Shown here: one piece after another, positions 11,234-23,100 of the stretch
Position numbering within the stretch: the first letter of the stretch is position 1
How the letters are laid out: every line of letters starts with the position of its first letter
DNA from: Dictyostelium discoideum
Lineage: Eukaryota
Length of the DNA: 64,000 nt
Assembly: GCA_000004695.1 (NCBI GenBank)
Contig: CM000154.2
Span: forward strand, 4,608,001-4,672,000
Reading direction: 5' to 3'
Notes under the pieces: model-generated
Databases searched by the model: none
Told to the model about the DNA's origin: nothing
What the model saw: only the letters and a program-made list of their open reading frames with translations
Position numbers and translations under genes: made by a program

Positions 11234-12337
11234 TTATATATCATCCATTGAACTGAAAGAGGAAGAATTTGAAGAAATTAAATCGCCACTAGTTGAATTG
11301 TTTGATTCATCCAATGAGCTAATACCACTTTCATTTATACTATCATTACTTTTATCAATTGTATTACTATTTTCAGAAGTGGTTGAAGTTGTGGTTGTAT
11401 TGATAATAGTAGTTGAAACTGTAACTGTATTTGTTTGTTGATCTTGTGTATTTTCTTTGTCTTTTTCACAAATATTATCATTAACTACAACATTATTGGT
11501 ATAATTAGTGTTGGTATTATTTTTATTATTATTATTATTATTATTATTAATATTATTATTATTATTATTTCCTGTTAAATCAGAAAATGAAAGACCTTTT
11601 AAAATCATATTGCCAAAGGCTAGGACATTGCCAGAAAATGAATTACTTTGTTTGTTTGATGAACAATCTTCATCATTGACTTGTTGTTGTTTTTGATTTT
11701 GTTGTTGTTGTTCAATTTCCTTGGTTTTGTTTGAATCCTCATCTTGGTTTTCTTTTTTACGATGAAGTCCAATAAATTGTAATTGTTGATTTGGTTTAGT
11801 TTTTTCATTGTTTTCATCACCATTATCATTATTGTCACTTTTTTCATTGTCTTTTTCATTGGTTTTCCAAGTTTGATCCATTTCTTCAAAATCTCCTTTT
11901 TCAGAATCACTTTCAAAATGGTTTTCAACACTTTCATTTTCTTCATATTCATCATTTCCTTGGTTCTCTTCATCATCATAATTTTCTTCATATTCATCAT
12001 TTTCTTGATTTTCATCATTTTCTTGATTTTCATCATTTTCTTCATTTTGTACATTTTCATCATTTACTTGATCAGCACCATCTTTGTTCAATGAATTTAA
12101 ATAAGAATTTAAATTTTTTTTTGATTTTTTAAAAGATAAATTCTTTTTTTTATTTTCCAAAGTACCACTACGACTAATATAACCAGTTGTGAAACCATGT
12201 ATCAAATAAAATTTAAAATACTTTTTCTTCATTGCTTCTCTACTATATGGAGTTTTTATAAATAAAATTGGATTTGATCTTTTTACTCTTTTAATTGTAT
12301 GACGATCATCATTTAAATAACTAATTTTATTTTTCAT
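11234..12337 (-). CDS. Hypothetical acidic, Asn/Glu/Asp-rich low-complexity protein.
   Basis: Long 367-aa ORF with a non-repetitive N-terminus ([53 protein letters not shown]) followed by (NDE)n low complexity. Confidence 0.45.
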
Positions 12338-12648
12338 TTTTTATAAAATATATTATTGTTATTGTTATTATTTTTATTATTAATTAAGTGAGAGTGTTAA
12401 CATTGAATATTAAAAAAAAATAATAAAAAAAAAAAAAAAAAAAAAAAACACCTTTTATAATTTTTTTTTTTTATTATTTTTATTAAAAAAATTAATTTAA
12501 TAAAATAAAAAATAAATAAAAAATTATAAAAGGGGGAGTGTTTTTTTATTTTTATTTTTATTTTTATTTTTATTTTTATTTTTATAATTTTTTTTTTTAT
12601 TTTTTTTCTTTTTTCAAATTCTAAATTTCCAGATTGATTTAATTTAAA

Positions 12649-12875
12649 TCATTCATTTTAATTGTTTTAGGATCCATTAATGATTGAAGTTTTAATCTTA
12701 ATGCTCTTCTATATTTTGTATAAACTACTAAACTGAGAATGACAATAATTGTTGCAGAAACAACTGGAACTACAATTACAACTGGTAAAAACCAAACTCT
12801 TTCATTATCATCACTATTACCACTTTTACAATCTGATTTAAATTCTTTATTTTGAACTAAAATTGAAAAATCTAA

Positions 12876-12906
<31 letters not shown>

Positions 12907-15893
12907 AATATATAAAATAATTATAAAAAAAAAAAAAAAAAAAAAAATAATAATAATAATACTTTACCAGGATCAATTATACAATCTATGCAATGGGGTA
13001 AATTTAAACCAACAGTGATTGAACTAATATTTTTTTCAACGATTTGAGAAGTTATAAAAGTTGGACGATGATCAGATAAAGCACGATTAATGAATCTACC
13101 ATATAATACAGTACCATCCTTTGTAATGGTTACATAGTTTAATGCTGAATTTTCAGTATCAATATTTTCAATATTTGCAATATCACATTGTTGACCATTA
13201 ATTGTACCATCTTCATTTTTAGTTAAACCAACTGATGATTCCATTTGTAATTGTAATGTATTTAAACCACTAATATAGGTATAATTATTAATTTCAACTG
13301 TTAATTTAATTGAACCACTTGTTACCTTGAAAGTAATATCAGCAAATGTAAATTCTTTATCATTTTCAACTTCTTCAATTATATATGTAATATTACATTT
13401 TAATGGTACAATTTTATTAAAAATATATAAATTATTACTATTATTATTATTATTATTATTATTACTGGTAGAATTTATTTTTTTAAAATTCCAATTATTT
13501 TCAAATAAATCAATTGTATTAACTGGGTTATTATTAAAATCTAATTCTAAAAGTTTTTTAATTTTAATTGTATATTTTGTTTTATCATTATTTAAATCGG
13601 TTGAACCTGTACCTGTATCAACCGTTGTATTTGATTTTGGAGGTTGTTGAACCACTTCAATTGAACAATCTGGTCCAATGAAATTTGATTTCAAACAATT
13701 ACATTGGCCAATTCTTTGATCACAAATACCCATTGTAGAATTTGTACAATCGTTTGGACAATTTAATAGGGTATTGTTGTAGAGATAAATATTTTGACCA
13801 GCCCATGAATGACCATTTTGAATTACTGTAACTGATTTCACTCCACTACCAGGACCAATTAAACATTTTATTGATGAATATCCAATTTCATAAATTGGTG
13901 TACACTCTAAACCACCAATGAAAACTGAAGGATTAACATGGTCATCACCATACCAACCTTTTAACGTAACATTACCACCTAATATATTTGAAGCAACAAC
14001 ACTTGATACATAATGATCAGGAATTATACATTGATCACCTAACCAAAATGTAAAGCATTTACATACTTTATTTCTAATATCACAACTACCTTTATTATGA
14101 CAATTACAAATACATTCACCTGAATTTCTATCACAAAATCCTTTACCTGTACAATTTTGATTACAAGTTAAATAATAATTTGTAAAATCTGGTAAATAAG
14201 TTACATTGAATATATAATCTGGTTGACCAGTAATTTTTAAGACACTAGTTGCATCAATTTTAGTTTTGGTTATATTTGTATATGCGAAAAGTTGACAAAT
14301 TATAGTATCAAAAGTTGTAGATCTAATTTGACAATATTGATCATTCAATATTGTATATATAGTACCACTTATACTATAAGAGAATCCAGTACCTTTAATA
14401 GTTAATAAACCAACATTTGAAACATATACTGATGTTACCACTGGTCCACTTGTTGATAAGGTCATTGAAATTGAAGGATAAATGAAATTGAATGTAAATG
14501 TATTAATATCAACGGAATTTCTATAGAATTGATTACTTGGTATATCAACTATCCAATCATTTGTACTTGGTGTGGTTGTGAAATAACTTGTATCAAAACC
14601 TAAATCAGAACCATAAATAATTGTTCTATTTAAAATTGAATCAATCTTTAAATTTGCTATTAGATTTGTACAATTTTGAATGTTAATAACACCTATTGCA
14701 AGATTTAAATTTGATTTTAATATTACATTATTTTTAAAATGACATGAAAAACATGATGGTAAAATACCATTGATTAAAATTGAATTTGGTAATTTTAAAG
14801 TTTGTAAAGTACAAAATTGATTACTTATAGTTCCTTTCAATGGATTATTAGTTAATTCTAAATATCTTAAACTCTTTGGTAATGGTAATACTATATCTAA
14901 ATTATCAGGCATACCACAACTAGTAATTGAAATTGATTCAATGACAGAGTTTGCTTTATTGAAAATACCTGGAATTGGATACCCACTTTTAATTGAACAT
15001 TGGGTTATTGAAAATGATTTCAAGGATTTCATTGGTAAAGCTTTAATAGCATCAGTACTAAATAAACCAGGATTTACAATTGTAATACTTTTCAATGAAG
15101 TCATTGTTGATAAATCAATTGAACCATCAGTTGGTTTAGTAAATTGAATATTATTTAAAATTAATGTATTCAAATTTGTTAAACTTTTAATTGAATCACT
15201 TGGAAATGTATATGATAAACCACTACTACCACCATTCAATTGTAAAGTTTTAACATTTAAATAACTTGTTAAATTTGATAAATCATTTTTAACACCACTT
15301 GTAAAATACAAATTAACACTTTCAACACTATCGACATATGTTAGACTTGGTATATTCCTAGTCACACTATCAATTGATTTTATCCTACTTTTAGAACTTG
15401 TTGAACTTAAATCATTTGTATAGAAATAATATAATTCACCACTTGGTAAATTATTTAAAAGTGTGAAACTTGTCAATTCAATTAATGACGACACTGGTAT
15501 TGAAGCATTCAATGCTATTTGTAATAAATTATTTGTACTGATAGTCAATGAATCTATATTTTTAATTGGATTTGATATTGATTGTATTATACAATTATTC
15601 AATTCGAATGAATAATTTTTAAAATTATTACCTTGAAAAAAAAAATTATTATCCAATGAAAATAATGATAGATTGAAAATTAAATTCTCTTTTTGAAAAC
15701 AATTTAAATTATTACTATCAATTTTGATAACACTGGCACCATTCATTGTTAATGATGTTAATAAACCTTTATCATCACTACATTTAAAATTATTTGGATA
15801 ATCTTCACAATAATATCCCCAATTTGAATCATTTCTTAATTTAAATGTATTTGCATTTTTTGATAATACTATTAAATTATATAAACAATCAGC

Positions 15894-15941
<48 letters not shown>

Positions 15942-15957
15942 ATTTAGTTGGTTATTG

Positions 15958-15989
<32 letters not shown>

Positions 15990-16076
15990 ATAATAATATT
16001 TACTTTCAGATGGTATTAATTTTGAAATTGAATTTCCAAAAAATAAAAAGATAATTAAAATTAAAATAATATTCAT
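12649..16076 (-). CDS. Type I membrane protein with LRR-like repeats and EGF-like Cys-rich modules. Exons are 16004-16076 (signal peptide), 12968-15892 and 12649-12856 (TM plus tail).
   Basis: Signal peptide MNIILILIIFLFFGNSISKLIPSE; repeated L..L.L.N motifs; tandem EGF-like CNQNCTGKGFCDRNSGECICNCHNKGSC...CKC and CPNDCTNSTMGICDQRIGQCNCLKSNFIGPDC; the last exon encodes VWFLPVVIVVPVVSATIIVILSLVVYTKYRR. Splice phases check (GTAAAT/ATAAG, GTAAAG/TTTTAG). Confidence 0.7.
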
Positions 16077-16321
16077 GTTATTTAATCATTATATAGGAGT
16101 AAAATATCTGTTTTAAAAAAAAAAAAAAATAAAAAAATGTAAAAAAATTAAAAAATAAAAAAATAAAATTTTAAAAAAAAATAAAAATATAATGCACCAA
16201 AACATGTTAATTTTAGATATTTTTTTATTTTTATAATAATTTGGTCAATAAAAAAAAAATTTGGATATTTTTTTTTTTTTTTTTGAGATATTTTTTTTCT
16301 TTTTTTATTAATTATTATTTT

Positions 16322-17596
16322 TTATAAAAGTTTAGCAATAATAAACCAATCTAATGATGGTATTAATTTTGAATTATTATCTAAAAGTTTTGAACCAAAA
16401 TGACCTGAATAAATTGTACTATTGTATTCTTGATCAATATCTTTTAATTTTATAGGACATGATACATATCCATTTGGAATTGAATCACCATTAACTCTTG
16501 GCCATGGAAAATCCTCTTCTTCATCAAAAAATAAAAATTTTTTATCATTGTATTTACCATCATTATCGAATACACAAAAAGTAGCTAACCAACCTGTTAA
16601 AACTGATCCACCAGATCGTTGTTTATAATCAACTATTTGATTCCACCAAGTTGTATCAGGATTTCCTTTTGCAGAATCAATGAATTTATCAATCACTGCT
16701 AATAAATATTTATTTAACCATTTTTTAATTACACCATCTTTATTATCGAATTGAATTAATTTTTCAACTCTTTCTTTTAAATTTATCCAATCATTAATTT
16801 CACCTAATAATGTTACTTCTGAAAGTCCACATTTACATCCATATCTATAATCGAAATATTTCTTCATTGTTGACATTAATGCAATTGAAAATACAACTTT
16901 ATCAGATTCTGTTGTAGTTGTAAAATCTGGTATAATTAAATCTTTAATTGATGGATCTTTAATATTTGATTGAATTTGATTTGACATTTCAATTGTTAAT
17001 TTTTCAAAAGGTGCTTCTAATATTCTATATTCAGTCTCAACTATTAATTCCTTTTTACCAGTAAAATCTACAAATTTTTCACGTAATTCTTCAGAGTTTT
17101 TATTTATGTAGAACGATAATTGAGTTAATATTGCCATCCAGATATTATCTGGACGTAATACCAAATGATTGTGATTATTATAACTTTCCCAAGCAGAGTA
17201 TACAAAACTATTTAAATTAAATGATTCTAATTTTGAACCATCATCATCGCCATTGATAATACTTGTTTGTAATACTTTGTATTTTTTAGATTCTTCACCA
17301 ATTTCATTTTTAATTATTGCACTTGCTTCCATTCTTTCTTGATAATAAATTGAATGATTATTTTTAATTGAATTTAAAGGTTCATTTGTTTTTAATAATT
17401 CATTTTTTAAAAAATCATCAACATTAAATTCATATTTTAATTCCCATTTATTTTGTTCAATATCACAAACTCTAAATGAAATTGATTTATTATTTTCATC
17501 TCTTTTAATTTTGAAATTGTATTTAATTACTTTTGAATCTTTACCATCCTCATCAGCATGATGACAATTTATATTTATTTTTCTATTATTTTTCAT
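16322..17596 (-). CDS. Uncharacterised multigene-family protein, copy 1.
   Basis: 424-aa intronless ORF. The conserved core YSAWESYNNHNHLVLRPDNIWMAILTQLSFYINKNSEELREKFVDFTGKKELIVE...PSLDWFIIAKLL is shared with 36529-37722 and 38192-39415. Confidence 0.7.
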   Translation of the reverse strand: MKNNRKININCHHADEDGKDSKVIKYNFKIKRDENNKSISFRVCDIEQNKWELKYEFNVDDFLKNELLKTNEPLNSIKNNHSIYYQERMEASAIIKNEIGEESKKYKVLQTSIINGDDDGSKLESFNLNSFVYSAWESYNNHNHLVLRPDNIWMAILTQLSFYINKNSEELREKFVDFTGKKELIVETEYRILEAPFEKLTIEMSNQIQSNIKDPSIKDLIIPDFTTTTESDKVVFSIALMSTMKKYFDYRYGCKCGLSEVTLLGEINDWINLKERVEKLIQFDNKDGVIKKWLNKYLLAVIDKFIDSAKGNPDTTWWNQIVDYKQRSGGSVLTGWLATFCVFDNDGKYNDKKFLFFDEEEDFPWPRVNGDSIPNGYVSCPIKLKDIDQEYNSTIYSGHFGSKLLDNNSKLIPSLDWFIIAKLL

Positions 17597-17994
17597 TTGT
17601 GTTTGAATTTCCCAACAACAATAAAAAAAAAAAAAAAAATTTTTTTTTTTTAATAACTCAAAGAACCATTTTACCAGAAAGTGAGAAAAAAAAAAGAAAA
17701 AAAAAAAAAAAAAAAAATTTAAAATAATAAAATAAAAATAGATTTGGTTATTAAATTGTTAAAGAGGTCATATTTTCTATTGTTGATATATTATTCATGA
17801 AGATTGTAAAAAATCTTTTTTCTTTTTTTTAATATTCCATGTTTTTCTATTTAAATACTCGAAAAAAAAAAAAAAATAACCAAATGAATATGGTTCTCAT
17901 AGAGATACTAGTTCTCATTTGTTGGATATATTGTTATTATTGTTATTTTTATTTATAAAACTTTTTATTTTTTTTTTTATTTTCCCTTTTTTAA

Positions 17995-18890
17995 ATTCTC
18001 AAGTTTAGCAACAATAAACTAATCTAATGATTGTATTAATTTTGAATTATTATCTAATAGTTTTGAACCGAAATGACCTGAATAAATTGTACTATCGTAT
18101 TCATGATTTAAATCTTTTAGTAAAACTGGACATGATACGAATCCATTTGCAATTGTATCAATATTAACTCTTGGCCTTGGAAAATCCTCTTTTTGATTAC
18201 CCTTATATGACATTATATATCTATCATCATTATATTTACCATCATTATCGAATACACAAAAAGTAGCTAGCCAACCTGTTAAAACTGATCCACCAGATTG
18301 TGATTTATAATCAACGATTTGATTCCACCAAGTTGTATCAGGATTTCCATTTGCAGAATCAATGAATTTATCAATCACTGGTAATAAATAAACTAACCAT
18401 TTTTTAATTTCACCATTTTTATTATCGAACTGAATTAATTTTTCAACTCTTTCTTTTAAATTTATCTAATCATTAATTTCACTTAAAAATGTTACTTCTG
18501 AAAGTCCACATAATGATTGGAAAACAAACTTAAAATAATTTTTCATTGTTGACATTAATGCAATTGAAAATACAACTTTATCAGATTCTGTTGTAGTTGT
18601 AAAATCTGGTATAATTAAATCTTTAATTGATGGATCTTTAATATTTGATTGAATTTGATTTGACATTTCAATTGTTAATTTATCAAAAGGTGCTTTTAAT
18701 ATTGGATATCCTGTCTTAACTACTAATTTCTTTTAACCAGTAAAATCTACAAATTTTTCACGTAATTCTTCAGAGTTTTTATTTAAATAGATGAAAATTG
18801 AGTTAATATTGCCATCCAGATATTATCTGGACGTAATACTAAATGATTGTGATTATTATAACTTTCCCAATAGTTCGTTTGCATTTTGAA
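17995..18890 (-). pseudogene. Decayed copy of the same multigene family.
   Basis: High nucleotide identity to copy 1 (for example 18230-18330 versus 16560-16660), but with in-frame stops and frameshifts (tctaatcat, 'ctaatttcttttaaccag') and a truncated 5' half. Confidence 0.6.
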
Positions 18891-18899
18891 GATTTACCA

Positions 18900-19640
18900 C
18901 TTGATTTTGAAAATGTGCCACTTGATTTTGAAGATTTAACACTGATTTTGAAGACCAGGAACTTGAACTGAAAGACCTTCAGCGTGTAATCGTTAAGTTT
19001 CACATTCAACAATTATTCTTATAATACTTGGAGCAGATGGATAGTTTGGAAATCTAAAAAAAAGACCGGGGGATGGATCTTGATTTATTATATTTTGGAG
19101 AACATTAACTGGGGGAGCATTTGCATGGAAAAAATTCCATTGACCTTCTCCATAACCATGAGCAGATGTCTTTAAACCACCCTCGTTGAAACTATTTTCT
19201 GGACACCCAAATACTGAAAGGAACCACTCACCATGACCGGCAACTGGACCATCAAAACCTCTATATTACATTAAAACTTCGGCATTTGCCATTTCTGGTG
19301 GGTTTGCATTTGGAGTCCCCATCTCCTTGAGCCACCAGCTAGATCTGAGTAACCTCTGTGGTACAACCTTATCCCATCTTGATGGGATGCTTTACCGATA
19401 TATAGCAAGGTCAATACATGAGGAACCATATTCCCGAAAACAAAGTATACCCCGTTTCCCAACAAAAGCGTTTACTCCAGGACAGGCACTATTTGCGTTT
19501 CTTCTAATGAACATATTATCGTAAAACCATTGCGTGTTTGGAGTTATAGAATTGTCGTTGATAATACCAACATAGTGATGTGAGTTACAGGAGTTCACAA
19601 AAAAAAAGATCAATAAAATAATTTTAAATAAAATTTTCAT
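18900..19640 (-). pseudogene. Frameshifted remnant of a secreted-protein gene in a locally GC-richer island.
   Basis: A signal-peptide ORF (MKILFKIILLIFFFVNSCNS...) is followed by two further reading frames (…HQDGIRLYHRGYSDLAGGSRRWGLQ… and …GFDGPVAGHGEWFLSVFGCPENSFNEGGLKTSAHGYGEGQWNFFHANAPPVNVLQ…) with no AT-rich introns between them. I could not assign a family. Confidence 0.3.
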
Positions 19641-20086
19641 TTGGAGATAGTTATTTATATGAAGTATAATATAATATAAAAAAAAAAAAAAAAAAATTTA
19701 TACAAAAATAAAATTTGGATTACATAAATAAAGTTTTTTTACTAAAGGACACACTTTCAATTTGCAACAAAAGGGAATACAACAAACTAATTAAAAATAT
19801 TAAAAAATAAATTATCAACGACTACTGTATACCAAGTACAACCTTACTAAATAGAGTAATTGTTGATCAATTTATTTAAGATATAATAATCCAACATACT
19901 ATTTTATTATTGAAACATTAAAATTTTTAATCCCATAAATTTTGAAAATCTAAAAAAACAAAAACATTACTCGAAATAAAAAAATTTTCAAAAAAAGAGG
20001 GAAAAAACATTTAGGTAAAATCCTATTTATAAATAAACTTTTAATTATTGCTTATTTCTTTAAATGGATAAACACTCGTTAATCAA

Positions 20087-20137
<51 letters not shown>

Positions 20138-20183
20138 TATCTGAATTTTTAAATGATATTATTTTATTTATTGGTTTTAAATA

Positions 20184-23100
20184 TTATTCTTTTTCAATAC
20201 AAACTTTAACTTTGTATTGTATTTGATGAAGGATAGAATCAGAATAATCGATGGATCCAGATTTAACATTATAACAAATGAGGGTATTATTATATGCATA
20301 GTTAAATTCTACTTCTTTTGGATAACAGGCAAGTTTACTTGATGCAGAGTTGAATTCTGTGATAATAGTTTGATTGGTAATTACAATTGGCTCTACTTCG
20401 GATGGTGGAACTTCAAAGCATGCAGAATAATCTGAAGCTTTTACCAATGAATTCTTTGAGCATGATGAGTATTTATTGTAATTATAGCATTCTACATTAT
20501 TAATGAATGAATGTTCAGGTTCACCGCCATCACTAACACATTCAACAATGTTTGATTGGGTTTCACTATTTGAACAGAAAATAGTAGAATTATGATTGTA
20601 TGTATATTCGTTAAATCCATCTTTACAATAGATTGGACTATTTTGACCATAGATTATCATTGATTTTTCATTGGCATCATATTCACATTTTAATGAACTT
20701 GAAACTTTTGAAACCGTTGGAATAGAGAATTTATAAGATGCAGATTTTGAACGAACACCACAATTAATTTCAGTTCCAAAGTTGGTTGTATTACATTTAA
20801 TACCATTATTATTAGCATTAATTTGACAAGTGAATGATTTGTTGAAATTGAAACTTAAATTATTATTATCAATACATGTTACAGTTTCATTGAATTGATT
20901 ATCAATTGTAAAGATACGATCATTATGATTAATTGAGAAAAATACTGCAGAGTAAGGTGTTGAAGCAATTGATAAAAGATTGGATGTTGGTACTGGTGCT
21001 GTTGATGATGATAATAGGTTACCACCCATTGATGATTTTGTTACCACCATTGCTAAAGCTATAGTTGATACACGTTTAATACCATTCTTTGCAACCTGAG
21101 TTACAACTCTTCTTGTTACTGCTGCGAATCCAAATTGTAATGATTTCTCTAATGCTCCTGAAAATGATGCTGTAGATGCTAATATTGAACCAGATTTAGC
21201 TGCTGTTGCAGATGTTGCCAATGCTATTTGTGTAAGTGGTAAAGCAGTTGATGCTAATAATGCTGCTGCAACCAAAGCTGCTAATCCAATAACAATAAAA
21301 ATTACAATATTTGTTGGAGATTCTGGATCAACATAAGAAAAGTAATTATTAAGACTATTTAATTGACTTTGAACATTAACACGAATTGGTAAACCTTTTC
21401 CTTTACCTGGTGGTACAGTACATTTTACATTTTTAGAATCAACCCACTCCCAGTTGACACAAAGTACGCCATTAATAGAAACTGTACCATTTGACGAATT
21501 AACAGAGTTTTTCAATGATTTTGGAACAAAGTCATAACCTTTGATTGTAATAGTTTTACCACCTGAAGATGGTGCTGCATATTGTTTATTATCCAATGAT
21601 GGTGGATTATAAGAGAATGATCTTGTTTCATTTGATTTTTGTCCACCAACTAAAAGTACAACTGAATGGTTTTTACCAATACCTGCAACTGGATTAAATG
21701 AGAAACTTGTTGAATTAATCCATTTAATATCTTTATATTGAGTTTTACCATTGATTGTTATTGAATTTACTGAAACATTTTTGTTTTCTTCTTTATTATA
21801 AAAATCTTTTAATTCAGCGGGAACGAAATTGAAACCAACATATTTAATATCAGTGGCACCATCAGTTGATACTGTAATTTTATTTGTAATATTTGGTTTA
21901 TTATAAGAGAATAAAAGTTGATTTTCAGATTTTTGTTCACCAATAGTAATATTAACTTTTAGATTGGCACCGATACCAGGTGGAATAATACAACTAACAT
22001 TGGTTGAATTTATCCATTGAACTGATCCACATTCAAATGTACCTATATAAATTCTTGAAGTATTTCTCCAAGATGCAATTGTTTTATTTGAATCATAAAA
22101 TGGTGAAATAAATTCGAATGGATTGAAATTAAAACCTGTAATATTTAAATATTGTGGTTTTTGTGGAGGAGTTACACAATTTAATCTACTACAATTACCA
22201 CCATGAGTATCTGAACTATTGGCAGTTAAGAATTTGGAAAGCCATGGTAGAGAATATGAATATTTATAAGTATATCTGGCAGTGTTTGCAAGTGTAACTT
22301 GGATTGTTCTATTAGCACCAACATTTATTGGGAAACTACATAGGTAAAGATCGAAATCGGTTGAATAATATGCATATTGGGATTTCAAGTATGGACAAAT
22401 ATTTGAATAATCGATTTTACTATTTGCAATTACATCTGAAGTACAACGTTGAATTTCACAAAATGAGTCAGTGCCATCCACTGTTGCTTCTGGAATTTCT
22501 TCAACAATCGAACCTAAACCTCTACCAACTATCCAATATTGATTTATATTTGATGTATTCAAATGTTTATCATCGTAATATAATTTATCAATAATCATTG
22601 ATGGATATGTAAATTTAATCGATGCAGTTGAGGCATTCATACCTGTGTTTATTGCAAAAACATTTACAGTATAAAAACCTGGTGGTACAATAACCTCCAT
22701 AATCTTATCAGAGGTGAATTTTGTAATTTCTGCAATTTCTGAACCAAAATAGATATTTGTGCTTCCATTGAAAAAGTTTTGACCATTAATAGTTACTACA
22801 TCTCCAATTTTACCTGTTGTTTTTGATAAACTACTAATAATTACATTTTCAAATGTAAAGTAATTTACAACACCACTTTTAATATTCATTTTTATATTTT
22901 TAAAACAATAAAATGAAATATAACTAATTAATTTAATTAAAAAAAAAAAAAAAAAAAAAATTGTAAATATATTATGTTTTTAAAATTAAAAATTATTATT
23001 AAAAAAAAAATTAATTTATACATACTTTGAACCAGCACCAATTGCCTTAATATAAAATTGTGTATTTGTTAAAAATGTAATTGTATCTGTAACATTAGTT

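Noticed and set aside
11620-12094. Overlapping ORFs 11620-12063 (minus strand) and 11783-12094 (plus strand) inside the acidic protein gene.
   Set aside because: They are alternative-frame and antisense shadows of the GAA/GAT/AAT-rich coding repeat. Their M/K-rich and F/I-rich compositions are artefacts of that repeat.
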